Positions 8,693 to 18,322 are shown, numbered from the stretch's first letter. The stretch is DNA of 58,420 nt from a virus (IMGVR_UViG_3300026543_000167:1-58420), one strand, 5' to 3'. Notes: generated from the sequence alone by a model not told the origin. Numbers and translations: made by a program.

Positions 8693-8767
8693 TACGCCTG
8701 GTGGGACTCGAACCCACAACCATACGGCTTAGAAGACCGTTAAGCTATCCAGTTGCTTTACAGGCGT
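8693..8767 (-). tRNA. tRNA-Arg(UCU)
   Basis: Acceptor ACGCCTG/CAGGCGT; anticodon loop CT-TCT-AA; T-arm GTGGG-TTCGAGT-CCCAC. Confidence 0.92.
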
Positions 8768-8975
8768 GTTTTTTTTAGCGGAAAACTTTTTACCGCACCA
8801 CGGGCAATATTTCATCGGAATAAAATGATCAGGACCAAAACTGAATCCTCTCCGAGTTTGTTGCAATGCGATAGGTCCATTTATTTTTTTCATTCCCGGC
8901 TCCCAATCAGGACAACCGCAATGTATGACTTTTTTGGTTTCCGTAGCCATTTTATTCCTCCCGTGGATTTTTTAA

Positions 8976-9156
8976 AAGGACGTGGCCGGATTCCCCACCC
9001 GGCTCCATTTCAACCTTGAGTTCCATTTCTGGCTTAGGTCTGGTTACGCCATTATGCGCACTCACATTTTCATCCATCTTCGAGGAACTACTTGAGATAT
9101 CCCTTGCAATCATGATGGAAGCAACTCACTCCGGCGTCTCATCGCCGCACGTCCTT
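8976..9156 (-). ncRNA. Candidate ~180-nt structured RNA with tRNA-like ends
   Basis: 9-bp terminal stem AAGGACGTG/CACGTCCTT abutting hairpins CGGCG-ATGAGA-CGCCG and GCCGG-GTGGGGAAT-CCGGC. Confidence 0.5.
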
Positions 9157-9175
9157 ATAATAATCCTTTAAAGTG

Positions 9176-9541
9176 TTATTTTCCAAAAAGAATTTCAATT
9201 GGGATGTCAAGACGTTCATTTAATGACCGTATTACCTTTTTTGATAAAGTGCGTTTCCCTGAAAAGAATTCGGAAACCCTACCACGACTGCCCATATAAG
9301 GTAACAAATCATTTCTTGTTAATCCTTGCTGATCCATTCTAAATTTAACGGCTTCAATGGGAGTGGGTTTTTCAAAAGGGAATTTTTCCTTTTCATATAT
9401 TTCCACCAAACAAGCCAATAATTCCAAGCGTTTTGAACCCAATGACCCAGGTTTGAAATCTACAACAATGAGCCTTTCAATCTCTTTTAAATATTTTTGG
9501 TGCTGTTTCTTCGATTTGATAACCCAAATTTTCATCCCCAT
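9176..9541 (-). CDS. higA: HigA-family antitoxin / HTH regulator (orphan)
   Basis: LELLA.LVE.YE...FP...P.PIEAVKFRMDQQGL...DL..Y.GSR.RVSE...GKR.LS. Confidence 0.85.
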   Translation of the reverse strand: MGMKIWVIKSKKQHQKYLKEIERLIVVDFKPGSLGSKRLELLACLVEIYEKEKFPFEKPTPIEAVKFRMDQQGLTRNDLLPYMGSRGRVSEFFSGKRTLSKKVIRSLNERLDIPIEILFGK

Positions 9542-9547
9542 CCCCTT

Positions 9548-9850
9548 TCATTCTTGTGCCCTTTTGTTCCAATTTTGTTTGCATTTTGGGCACATATCGT
9601 TTATGTGACCATTTGGTGATTTTCTAATTTTGATAGGCTTTCCACACCCGAGACAAATTTCCATGCCTCTTTTAATTATCCATGAAAACCAAAAAACCTG
9701 AGTCCTAAAGCATTCTATGGGAGTGTTGCCATCTTCAGGAATATGCCAGAAACTTGGCCAACCGGTTTTATTGCCGATTATATATTCTACAAAATCATCG
9801 GACGCATCCGGGATGTATTCTTTGACAATTTCTTGAAGCGTTTGTTTCAC
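9548..9850 (-). CDS. Hypothetical Zn-ribbon protein
   Basis: CLGC...CPKC; strong GGGGATGGG RBS. Confidence 0.55.
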   Translation of the reverse strand: MKQTLQEIVKEYIPDASDDFVEYIIGNKTGWPSFWHIPEDGNTPIECFRTQVFWFSWIIKRGMEICLGCGKPIKIRKSPNGHINDMCPKCKQNWNKRAQE

Positions 9851-9868
9851 CCCATCCCCCTTTCATTC

Positions 9869-10174
9869 TTGTGGCCAACTTGTGGCCACCTGTGAATTAC
9901 ACCCCCTATTATAACGTAAAATGGCGACTTGTGGACGGTTTGTGGCCACCTACAATTTGGCCATATTGAGAATTGGGTTGAAGCGAGGTTAGTTAAGCTA
10001 TTGAAAAATAAAGCATACTGGAAAGTATCGACGGCTCGTATTTTGATAATATGAGAAAGATGCTGGCGTGAGAGGCCAGCGTCCTTACCCCTAGACGATG
10101 GGGCCGCTTTAAAAATCAATAACTTAACAACTCGCTTCAACCCTCATTCTCGACTTGTGGCCGGTTTGTGGCCA
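9869..10174 (-). mobile_element. Putative attP: 5' half of tRNA-Glu(CUC) with IHF sites and integrase arm-type repeats
   Basis: 10061-10105 (minus) reads GGCCCCATCGTCTAGGGGTAAGGACGCTGGC-CTCTCAC-GCCAGCA. TTGTGGMC pairs lie at about 9869-9889, 9927-9950 and 10152-10174. AATCAATAACTTA at 10114-10126 fits the IHF consensus. Confidence 0.75.
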
Positions 10175-10217
10175 TCTAGAAATTGCTTTTATCCAGATCA
10201 TCCTTTTATTTTTATTT

Positions 10218-10709
10218 TTATTTTGTTATCAATTGAGTAACTTTATTTAATAATGACCCTTTCAATTTTATTTTTCGATCTCCATATGTAGTAGTTATTT
10301 TAATAAACACATGGTCTACTTTATTTACCGTAACTTGGGGAACTCGTCGCAATAAAGGGAAAACTATTTCATATTTTTCATAACCTTCTATTTCGAAAAA
10401 ATCTATTTTTTTTACTGCAAATTGACCTGTAATTTCAGAATCTATCTCATTATATACACTACCGTAATAAGATCCCAGAATTAGACGCGCATATCTTAAT
10501 TTAAATGGTAAATCTACTAAATTCTCAATTTCCAATTTTAAATATGGGTAATTGCCCTCATATTCATTTACAATAAGTTTATTAATATCAAATCGGCGCT
10601 TTTTCCTAAGAATTTGATGTAAAGCAAAATAGCAAACCCCAATTGTTCCTACCACTGTGCCGAACCTTAAAATTAGCGTTCCCCATTCCATCCAACTTGT
10701 GTCACACAT
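10218..10709 (-). CDS. Hypothetical membrane-anchored protein
   Basis: N-terminal hydrophobic helix; AT-rich, moron-like. Confidence 0.6.
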   Translation of the reverse strand: MCDTSWMEWGTLILRFGTVVGTIGVCYFALHQILRKKRRFDINKLIVNEYEGNYPYLKLEIENLVDLPFKLRYARLILGSYYGSVYNEIDSEITGQFAVKKIDFFEIEGYEKYEIVFPLLRRVPQVTVNKVDHVFIKITTTYGDRKIKLKGSLLNKVTQLITK

Positions 10710-10744
10710 CCCCCATCCCCCTTCATTTACTCATTTTTGGCCGG

Positions 10745-11101
10745 TTATTTGCATCTTTCCTGAATATATTTTTTGATTCCTTTTGAAGAGAATCGCAGTT
10801 GACGTGGACTTAATCGCCTGGTAAAGGGAAGTTTTTTTGAATGTCTGTATAACCAATCAGGATTACATCCAAGGCGTTCCGCCGCCTGTTCAACATTTAA
10901 AAGTTTATCTTCTTGAAACAATTCAGGCTTTCCATTAAAGGACAATATCCTACCCAATAAAAGAGTTTGGACGGAAGCCAGTATAATGAGCATGCTCAAG
11001 CATTTTTCCAACGAAAGGTCTTTAACCATTGATGGATCCGCTTTCAGATCCTCCAAGGAATTTCCTCTTTCTTGGTTTTCCATCATTCCATCCCCCTTCA
11101 T
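10745..11101 (-). CDS. Excisionase-like HTH DNA-binding protein
   Basis: LLNVEQAAERLG...WLY....LPF..RL..R.LRF. Confidence 0.8.
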   Translation of the reverse strand: MKGDGMMENQERGNSLEDLKADPSMVKDLSLEKCLSMLIILASVQTLLLGRILSFNGKPELFQEDKLLNVEQAAERLGCNPDWLYRHSKKLPFTRRLSPRQLRFSSKGIKKYIQERCK

Positions 11102-11113
11102 TTACTCATTTTA

Positions 11114-11368
11114 TTAAACAAGTGGATCATCATTATCAAACAAACCTTGTCCGTCCTCTTTGTGCTTTTTTATTATTTCACTAAATCTTTTAGGATCTTT
11201 TTTCTCATACTGTTCTTTTAATTGTTCCATTGTCTCCAAACTATCGATATATCTCTCATAAATTTTTCGAAAAATATCTAATTTTACCGATGTAGAGGGT
11301 AGTGTAACCCACTGATCATATCGGGACATCATCAGTTTTTTAGTTCTAGAATTCCTCCATAGCATCAA
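11114..11368 (-). CDS. Hypothetical protein
   Basis: ORF with RBS in the minus-strand operon. Confidence 0.45.
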   Translation of the reverse strand: MMLWRNSRTKKLMMSRYDQWVTLPSTSVKLDIFRKIYERYIDSLETMEQLKEQYEKKDPKRFSEIIKKHKEDGQGLFDNDDPLV

Positions 11369-11391
11369 TCCACCAATCCCCTTTTATTAAC

Positions 11392-11640
11392 TCAGTTTTG
11401 GCCGGTTATTTGCCATTTGTTTGCCTCATCCTGCCATTTTTTTATATCAGCCTCAAATTTTTTATCCATAGCTCTTCCCTCTTGCCACAATCTATAAACC
11501 TTTATGATTTCATTTCCCATAATAAAAAACATAAGGATATTATCATCTGGAATAATGAAATACCCCATTGTTACTATTCCCAACGACCGTATTAAATTTT
11601 TGCATGGCTCATCAAATTTTGGCCACATTTTATTTCTCAT
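11392..11640 (-). CDS. Hypothetical membrane protein
   Basis: Hydrophobic segments. Confidence 0.45.
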   Translation of the reverse strand: MRNKMWPKFDEPCKNLIRSLGIVTMGYFIIPDDNILMFFIMGNEIIKVYRLWQEGRAMDKKFEADIKKWQDEANKWQITGQN

Positions 11641-11688
11641 TTTTCATGCAAGAAATGGGGTCCCCGGAGGGACCCCACCCTTTATCCA

Positions 11689-12630
11689 TTATAAATTACA
11701 ATACCAACCACCATTCACCTCAACCGCTGGTGAACCGTCTTGGCAAGTTGGTATCCACGGTCCATAATTGTAAGTTGGTATCAAATTAAAGATATCATCT
11801 AAAATTTTAGTTTCGGCATTCGAACCAGGTTCCATATAAGTCTTATTAAAAATATGCCCTGTCAACTCAGGCCACCCGCTTGGAGCCACATTTGATTCAC
11901 GCGGCTCTGGGAGACCCAATGTCGATGCTATCGCCTTCAGCGCTAATATAACCAAATCGGTATGCAAGGTTGTATGAGGTCCGCCCCCAGCGGTAAAACT
12001 TGACGGAGTGGCCACGGATACGATTTTATGGTTGTATTGAGGAACTAAATCTAAGTTTGCATAAATCGTGTTAGAAAAAAGATTCCCCTGAGAATGGGAA
12101 ACGGCAATGACCCTATAATCATAATCTGGGGAAAATGAATTGTATTTCGCAATATGAGCTTGAGTTTCTGCCGGATCAGCCACAATTGCTTCATCAAAAG
12201 CGGATTGAAATTCCAAAATTTTATCCCTAAAAGCATCGGGCATAATATCCAAACCAAATTTCAACAGCCAGATCCTGGTGGTATCCTCGATAATAATCTG
12301 GGTCAACGCCTCAAACAAATCCAAACTGAGCCCTGAAGTCTGGTGATATTGCCTTTCAAATGTGAGGGCATCACAATCCGCCCCCATTTGGCTACCATCA
12401 ATCTCTATATTGGCGGCATTAAAATCCAAATTAATATTATCGGCTTGAAGTTTCTCTATGGTTAATTTTTTTATTAATTCCACGGTATCTAGTGCTTGCG
12501 ACCGGGTTGTATCAACCCCATTGGCAAAGACAACGTTTGTTTCCTTGTAAACACAAAACCCCGCCCAGGCTGTCCCATTCCCAAAATAAAATAAGGTAAA
12601 AAGAACGAGCAAAATTTTTATTGGTTTCAT
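11689..12630 (-). CDS. Secreted alpha/beta-hydrolase (lipase-like) protein
   Basis: Signal peptide; F.NGV.T, nucleophile elbow SHSQGN, VATP and H.F...Y. Confidence 0.7.
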   Translation of the reverse strand: MKPIKILLVLFTLFYFGNGTAWAGFCVYKETNVVFANGVDTTRSQALDTVELIKKLTIEKLQADNINLDFNAANIEIDGSQMGADCDALTFERQYHQTSGLSLDLFEALTQIIIEDTTRIWLLKFGLDIMPDAFRDKILEFQSAFDEAIVADPAETQAHIAKYNSFSPDYDYRVIAVSHSQGNLFSNTIYANLDLVPQYNHKIVSVATPSSFTAGGGPHTTLHTDLVILALKAIASTLGLPEPRESNVAPSGWPELTGHIFNKTYMEPGSNAETKILDDIFNLIPTYNYGPWIPTCQDGSPAVEVNGGWYCNL

Positions 12631-12673
12631 TATCGGCCTTTCTTGAAATTTATAATCAGGTTGATGAGTAATT

Positions 12674-13507
12674 TTAATTAGCTAGAAGATCAGGATCAAA
12701 ATCACAATATTGTTTGAGCGGTGTTTTATCGTACCTCGCTGGCTCAGGATCTACAAAAGATTGGCCGTTTAAATGTAACTCATGGCGGAGCCATGCAAGG
12801 CTTCTTTCTTTAGTATTCAGGACCTGGGCAAGCAATACTGAAACTGGGAATTTTCCCCTCCCTTGAAAAGAATGAATCGTAACCGAATCAAGATATTCCT
12901 TACAAGCTCTATCAAGGGTGGATTTATGTGCAAGGGCAATAGATGCCGCGGGATCATCAGCCGCAATCAAGGAATCTTGCATGTTTTTAGCCTCTATTGT
13001 CATATAGGCTCTGAACTTCTCGGAATCAACATGGGTCAAAGCAATGTAACGCTGAAGATCATCGCGCACGCCATCATTATCGGAATCGATCCCCGTAAGG
13101 GTGGCTTTCCCAGCTTCTCCTGGATCAGCGGGGAGACCAATATTTTCCCCTTCCAAAAGGCCAATTAACCTCTGGGCCTCGGCAATGATTAGGTCACTGG
13201 CGGGTCCAGAAATATGTTCGGGTGTATGCTTATTGGTGATCCGGATGAATTTGTTGAGATTTTTAACGGCTTTTGAAACCTTTCCTCTGACATTTTGCAT
13301 ATTTGCTTTGAATATTTTTCGGCAAAGTCGTTTCACAGGAGGTTTCTGTGTATTGTCGATTACCAATTGACCTAATGGCGTAAAAAATTCGGACAAGTCC
13401 TGACAATATTCCGCGCGGTTTTCATGATGGTCCTCATGTTCATCTTCGTCCGCAAATGTCAAAGTATGAGAGAGCAAAACGATGATAAATGATAAAAATA
13501 GTTTCAT
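12674..13507 (-). CDS. Secreted protein with acidic Ca-binding-like motif
   Basis: Signal peptide; LPADPGEAGKATLTGIDSDNDGVRDDLQR. Confidence 0.65.
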   Translation of the reverse strand: MKLFLSFIIVLLSHTLTFADEDEHEDHHENRAEYCQDLSEFFTPLGQLVIDNTQKPPVKRLCRKIFKANMQNVRGKVSKAVKNLNKFIRITNKHTPEHISGPASDLIIAEAQRLIGLLEGENIGLPADPGEAGKATLTGIDSDNDGVRDDLQRYIALTHVDSEKFRAYMTIEAKNMQDSLIAADDPAASIALAHKSTLDRACKEYLDSVTIHSFQGRGKFPVSVLLAQVLNTKERSLAWLRHELHLNGQSFVDPEPARYDKTPLKQYCDFDPDLLAN

Positions 13508-13538
13508 TTGTATGGCCTTTCTTTTTTATAAGAGGATT

Positions 13539-13721
13539 TTATTTACAATACAAGCCTTTTCCATCTGGGCCAGGTATAGCCGGTGATCCATCTTGGCAGG
13601 TTGGGGAAAATGGGTTTGGAACTCCAGGAGGATACCCATTTGCATAGATCGCAGTGCATGATAACAAAACGAAGAGCAACGATAAAACGAGCTTTAATGA
13701 AATAAATCGTTTAGAAAACAT
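13539..13721 (-). CDS. Small secreted peptide (60 aa)
   Basis: Signal peptide then PTCQDGSPA...YC, the same motif as the C-terminus of 11689-12630. Confidence 0.55.
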   Translation of the reverse strand: MFSKRFISLKLVLSLLFVLLSCTAIYANGYPPGVPNPFSPTCQDGSPAIPGPDGKGLYCK

Positions 13722-13773
13722 AGTTGGTTTCCTTATTTTAAATATTAATAATGGGATTAGTATATTTGCCCTT

Positions 13774-15660
13774 TTATTGGTGGGTACACCCAAAACCACA
13801 TATTGTTTCAAAACCTTCCCCTGGATTAAAACTTTCCAGAGATCCAAGCCTCTCTATATCAAATATAGATGGAAGGAAAGGAGGCCAGAAATCAGGACTT
13901 CCAAATCTGGTATCCCAGCCCCATTGTCTCACTGGAGGTTCATAACAATCTCCATGTTGACACCAATCAGCCGTGGCTTGTTGGCTCACCCATAGGCCGA
14001 TCATGCTTCCCTTAAAATCAGAATTTACATTGCTCCAATCTTCGTGAAACCGCATGTAATTATGAAGGCCACCGCCATACGTCCCTCCAGGACTTGTTGT
14101 CGGAGTGTAACCTCCAAACAATGCAGCGCGGATAGTGCTTTTAGTGTCCCCAAAATTACCAGCATTAGGCAATCCACCACCACAAGTTTTCGAATCGTTC
14201 CAATTATTGCCAAGTAAATTAATTGCATCCCCAATGATCGCCGCTCCCTGGGTGTTGATGGTATTGAAATCCCCGTCAATATAAATAGGATTGTCAGAAG
14301 CGAATGTGGTTTTATTTAAAAGTTGCGATTGAGACATCGGTTTATTAATCTGCATCAGTCTGATGGCTTGCATGGGATTTTCTGAGTTGGTAAATGTAGA
14401 ATCAGGTGAGCGCGATGCATAAACCAAAAATCCCGCATCCCCTAAAGCTCTTGGGCCATTGGCTGGATCTGCTAAATATTCTTGATACCAAAGCTCCAAG
14501 GCATAAAGATCAATGTCTGTTGTATCGACCACTCTGTCTTCCCGGCAGTCGTTAAGGAGTCCCAGGGTCTCCCTGATAATGGGCATGGGTCCAGAATATG
14601 GATTTCCAGATGATTTTTCACCCAAACGAATCAACCTTGTAACGTCTGTATTTGGAAGAGGACTGGAAATAAAAACCGTGGTTCCTGATTCAAGCGCACC
14701 CTGGCCAAGGATCTGTATGCCATCCACATCTAATCGTTTTGGGTCAGCAGATCTGGCCTCATAAAATCCGCCACGTTGAAACTGAGATTTTCCGGGAGCT
14801 ATTAGAACCGGTTCATTTACAAAAACAAAATTATTGAATGCCGCTTCCTGGGTATCATCATCCATAATAAAATTGATCGGCAAATTGTCTTCCCAAATAA
14901 GACTCGCATTTGTTGTTTTAATCTGCGGAGAAGTACAGGCTTCCCTATTAACTCCTTTATGCCAATTGCGAATGCTTCCACCCGCAGTGATGGAATGAGG
15001 AGCTGAAATCGGGGTCCCTCCATTGGGATCAAAGTTCTGAAAACGGAGGCTTCCAGAACAACCGGCCCGGAGCCAGATATCTCCGTTGGAATGCACCCGC
15101 CCCCAACTTATCATCCCAGGCCCTGGAGTTATTTCCAGGTCAGAATCATTTCCTCCATCGCCACCATAAAAAGCGAACCATTGAACAAGAGGTGTTTCGA
15201 GAACACGGATTTTTTCCAGGACAGATTCTTTAGTTTTATCACTCAGTGAGTTTGAGTGAGATTCAATTCCATACGTATAGGCATAATGACTGAGGAGACT
15301 ATTTCCTTTTACCGTTTGATAAAAGAATCTGGATTCTGGGTTGATGATTTTATATTTAATCTCATAACCCCGATAATCGTTTTCAGTGATAAATCCCTCA
15401 GCATCGCCACCATTTTGGGATGAGGTTGTATAAGGTGCCAGATCATCAAAACTTTTTAGAATCGTATTGACTGCCAATTCCAGTCCAACTTCAGCGGAAT
15501 AATAAGCCTTTTTACCCTTGAGGAGAGCATTGGAAGTTTCAAAATTTAGTGATGTTATAAGAATGGCCCCCGAAGAGAGAGCCACCAGCATAGCCATTAT
15601 GAACATAAATATGATGAGCGTAACGCCCTTTTCATTTTTTAAAAAAGAAAAGCTTTTCAT
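13774..15660 (-). CDS. PilX-like type IV pilus minor pilin/adhesin (628 aa)
   Basis: Prepilin-type NEKG|VTLII leader, KAYYSAEVGLE, GRVHSNGDI and a C-terminal PP.R.W..D.RF...PP. Confidence 0.75.
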   Translation of the reverse strand: MKSFSFLKNEKGVTLIIFMFIMAMLVALSSGAILITSLNFETSNALLKGKKAYYSAEVGLELAVNTILKSFDDLAPYTTSSQNGGDAEGFITENDYRGYEIKYKIINPESRFFYQTVKGNSLLSHYAYTYGIESHSNSLSDKTKESVLEKIRVLETPLVQWFAFYGGDGGNDSDLEITPGPGMISWGRVHSNGDIWLRAGCSGSLRFQNFDPNGGTPISAPHSITAGGSIRNWHKGVNREACTSPQIKTTNASLIWEDNLPINFIMDDDTQEAAFNNFVFVNEPVLIAPGKSQFQRGGFYEARSADPKRLDVDGIQILGQGALESGTTVFISSPLPNTDVTRLIRLGEKSSGNPYSGPMPIIRETLGLLNDCREDRVVDTTDIDLYALELWYQEYLADPANGPRALGDAGFLVYASRSPDSTFTNSENPMQAIRLMQINKPMSQSQLLNKTTFASDNPIYIDGDFNTINTQGAAIIGDAINLLGNNWNDSKTCGGGLPNAGNFGDTKSTIRAALFGGYTPTTSPGGTYGGGLHNYMRFHEDWSNVNSDFKGSMIGLWVSQQATADWCQHGDCYEPPVRQWGWDTRFGSPDFWPPFLPSIFDIERLGSLESFNPGEGFETICGFGCTHQ

Positions 15661-15774
15661 GCCACCTCCTTCTCCATCAATTGAGTGATATTCTTATTAT
15701 ACCAAGAGATTAGCCCAATCTGGCATTCAAAACATTAATTCTTCTTAACCGTCGGTTCTGTAACCCGTTTGTTT

Positions 15775-16023
15775 TTATTTACATTCAGGACACAACCACC
15801 CCTTTGAGGTCTTTTTCCATTTGCCTTGGGTAGGGTTGCCATGCACAGCGTTTATTCTTATTCCTTCTTTAAAGGATTCGATGGCTTCACCCTTACTTTT
15901 CTTTGAGAAATCCTTAACGTTCCTATGGGTACTTTTATGACCGCCACTGGGGTTCATGCAATCCTCTGTAATACAAAAAATTTTCAGCCGACAAACCTCA
16001 ATTTCGTAAAGTCTCATTGCCAT
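15775..16023 (-). CDS. Hypothetical Zn-ribbon protein
   Basis: GW.CPEC. Confidence 0.5.
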   Translation of the reverse strand: MAMRLYEIEVCRLKIFCITEDCMNPSGGHKSTHRNVKDFSKKSKGEAIESFKEGIRINAVHGNPTQGKWKKTSKGWLCPECK

Positions 16024-16207
16024 CCCCCTTCATTTAGTTATTCTGTGCTCGATTTTTCGAACGTATTTGTTCATTTTACGCCGCCAAAACAATCGCAAAA
16101 AGAATACGCGATACCAGCCCCATCTTAGAAATAAGAGCCACTTTAAATGTATAACGATGGTTTTAACCATACGAATCTACTTTCATTTTACATTTCTGGC
16201 CGATTGA

Positions 16208-16501
16208 TCAATCAGTCGAACGCCGGGAATATCCCTTCCACAATACACAACCAAAATTTTCTGGTGATGCTACCACCGGGCAATCGTCATGATTACAGTG
16301 ACGATATTTCCCCTTTAATTGTTCTTTTGCCTCATCAGGAAGTTCCGTAGGCATAAAAAATTCACCACCCCAAAATTTACACTTTCTGCAATAGTCGACC
16401 ATGATTTTGCCAACGGTCTTTGTAGTTTCATGCTTCATAATTTTAATTGGCAGACTGTCATCGTTTAAAATGTTTCTATGGTTATCTTTTGTCGATTTCA
16501 T
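16208..16501 (-). CDS. Hypothetical Cys-rich protein
   Basis: CRKCKFW...FGCV.W. Confidence 0.55.
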   Translation of the reverse strand: MKSTKDNHRNILNDDSLPIKIMKHETTKTVGKIMVDYCRKCKFWGGEFFMPTELPDEAKEQLKGKYRHCNHDDCPVVASPENFGCVLWKGYSRRSTD

Positions 16502-16752
16502 TTAACCCTCACTCAGATTCAATGGCCGCTTTGCGACCATTATCATTTTCAATTTTCTCAATTCTTGCATGGATTAGTTTAAGATCCCTGCAGACAGAAT
16601 TTAAAATAGCGATATTATAAAGAAAAAAAATACCAAAAATTATGTAGGTAAACATCAAGCCTTTCCTATCACCATAAAAAATAAACCAATAGTAATTAAA
16701 ACTACAATTTGGACTATATAGGACCAAAAATTTAAAAACTTTTTCAATATCT

Positions 16753-17109
16753 TTATCTGCATCTGGTTGTAAATCCACCCATATGATCTGGAATTATCAT
16801 GCATCTGGATGTTTTAGATTTAAAGCTATTCCCGGCGTCCCTGAATGCATTGCCCATAATTTCACCACGCCTTTGATTTGCTATTTTTTCCTGGTTCATG
16901 GTATTCATCACACAATTAGATAATTCAGGCGTTTCCTGCTTAAAACCATACGATTTACATTGATTTTCGGCATCCATGATTGTAAATGGTTTTTGATGTG
17001 CACAACCCATTGAAATTGCAATAATTAATATAATTATTAATTTCCTCATAGCCATCCCCTTTTGACTTTTATTTTTTAGCTTCTTTAATGATACCATATG
17101 TGATATCAT
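16753..17109 (-). CDS. Putative lipoprotein
   Basis: Lipobox SMGC after a hydrophobic stretch. The true start is probably the internal MRKLII. Confidence 0.6.
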   Translation of the reverse strand: MISHMVSLKKLKNKSQKGMAMRKLIIILIIAISMGCAHQKPFTIMDAENQCKSYGFKQETPELSNCVMNTMNQEKIANQRRGEIMGNAFRDAGNSFKSKTSRCMIIPDHMGGFTTRCR

Positions 17110-17115
17110 TTGTAA

Positions 17116-17496
17116 ATGAATAAAAATAAAGAAACCCTACAGAGAAATAAAGAGACTTCGAAATATCCTTTTGAGGTGAGTATATTGCCGGAGGATGCGG
17201 CTGGTGGGGGTTATTTTATAACATATCCGGATTTGCCAGGTTGTATGTCCGATGGGAAGACACTGGAAAAGGTGCTTCAAAACGGCCAGGACGCGGTGTG
17301 GTACTGGCTGAAAACTGCTAGGAAGCTTAATCAGGAAATACCAAAACCAGGGCGACCTCACAGCGGGCAGTATGTTCAACGATTGCCAAAATCACTTCAT
17401 GCTAGATTGGTGGCCATGGCAAAAGCTGAAGGCGTAAGTCTAAATAAATTAGCTTTATCTTTTATTGCCGCAGGAATCGGCAAAGGGTTCAAATAG
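17116..17496 (+). CDS. hicB: HicB-family antitoxin (orphan)
   Basis: GGYFITYPDLPGCMSDG.T.E plus the RHH domain SG....RLPKSLH.RL...A..EGVSLN. Confidence 0.9.
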   Translation: MNKNKETLQRNKETSKYPFEVSILPEDAAGGGYFITYPDLPGCMSDGKTLEKVLQNGQDAVWYWLKTARKLNQEIPKPGRPHSGQYVQRLPKSLHARLVAMAKAEGVSLNKLALSFIAAGIGKGFK

Positions 17497-17661
17497 GTCA
17501 TCAAAAACCCATAAACTCCTTTTTTTTTGGCCGATTTCTGCAGGCTATTTCTTCGTACAGAAATTAACGACAAATAAAATAAACCCGATAATAAGTACAA
17601 ACGTAAAAACATGCATCAGGTTTTTGTAAACCATTTCGACAAAAGCCATCCCCATCCCCTT

Positions 17662-17862
17662 TTATTTTCTCTGTTGAGAATCTATCCAAGCAAAGTATCT
17701 TTCTTCATCAATCAGAACGCGCCTTCCCACCCGAACAATTGCTCTAGCCATTTCCAGGCCATTATTCTTTGCATTGAATATCTGATAACGGAGGCCACCA
17801 TTGGAAATAAAGCCATGTTTTATACTGAATTGAGAAATTGTAAGTAATGTAGGAATTCTCAT
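17662..17862 (-). CDS. Excisionase-like DNA-binding protein
   Basis: GLR..IFNA..NGL..AIVRVGRRVLIDE..YF.W. Confidence 0.7.
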   Translation of the reverse strand: MRIPTLLTISQFSIKHGFISNGGLRYQIFNAKNNGLEMARAIVRVGRRVLIDEERYFAWIDSQQRK

Positions 17863-17881
17863 TTTTCATTTCTGGCCCATT

Positions 17882-18114
17882 TCAACTATAAAATCCCCCT
17901 TTGACTTCGGATAAAAAATGAATTCCAAATGTAAACGAAAAGTCATAAGCTGATTCCTTCGTATTTTTAACGAATCGATATCCTGGCAAAGTGAATTTTG
18001 GGTTAAAGCAAAATATAATTCTGTTGTCATAAACATCAAAAACTTTGAAATTCTTTATTTTGGCAATGTCACCCTTAATTCCTAATGATATAATTTTTGC
18101 TCTATTCAAAACCA

Positions 18115-18136
<22 letters not shown>
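17882..18136 (-). CDS. Hypothetical protein
   Basis: Starts within the 49-bp repeat that carries its RBS. Confidence 0.45.

Positions 18137-18322
<186 letters not shown>

Noticed and set aside
8729-8950. 73-aa Cys-rich ORF
   Set aside because: Plausible gene (GGAGG RBS, YCPWCG), but its 3' end overlaps tRNA-Arg by 39 nt, so it is left uncalled.
10061-10105. Functional tRNA-Glu
   Set aside because: T-arm and 3' acceptor strand are absent.
9847-10140. 97-aa ORF
   Set aside because: Overlaps the attP repeats and tRNA fragment and has no protein-like features.
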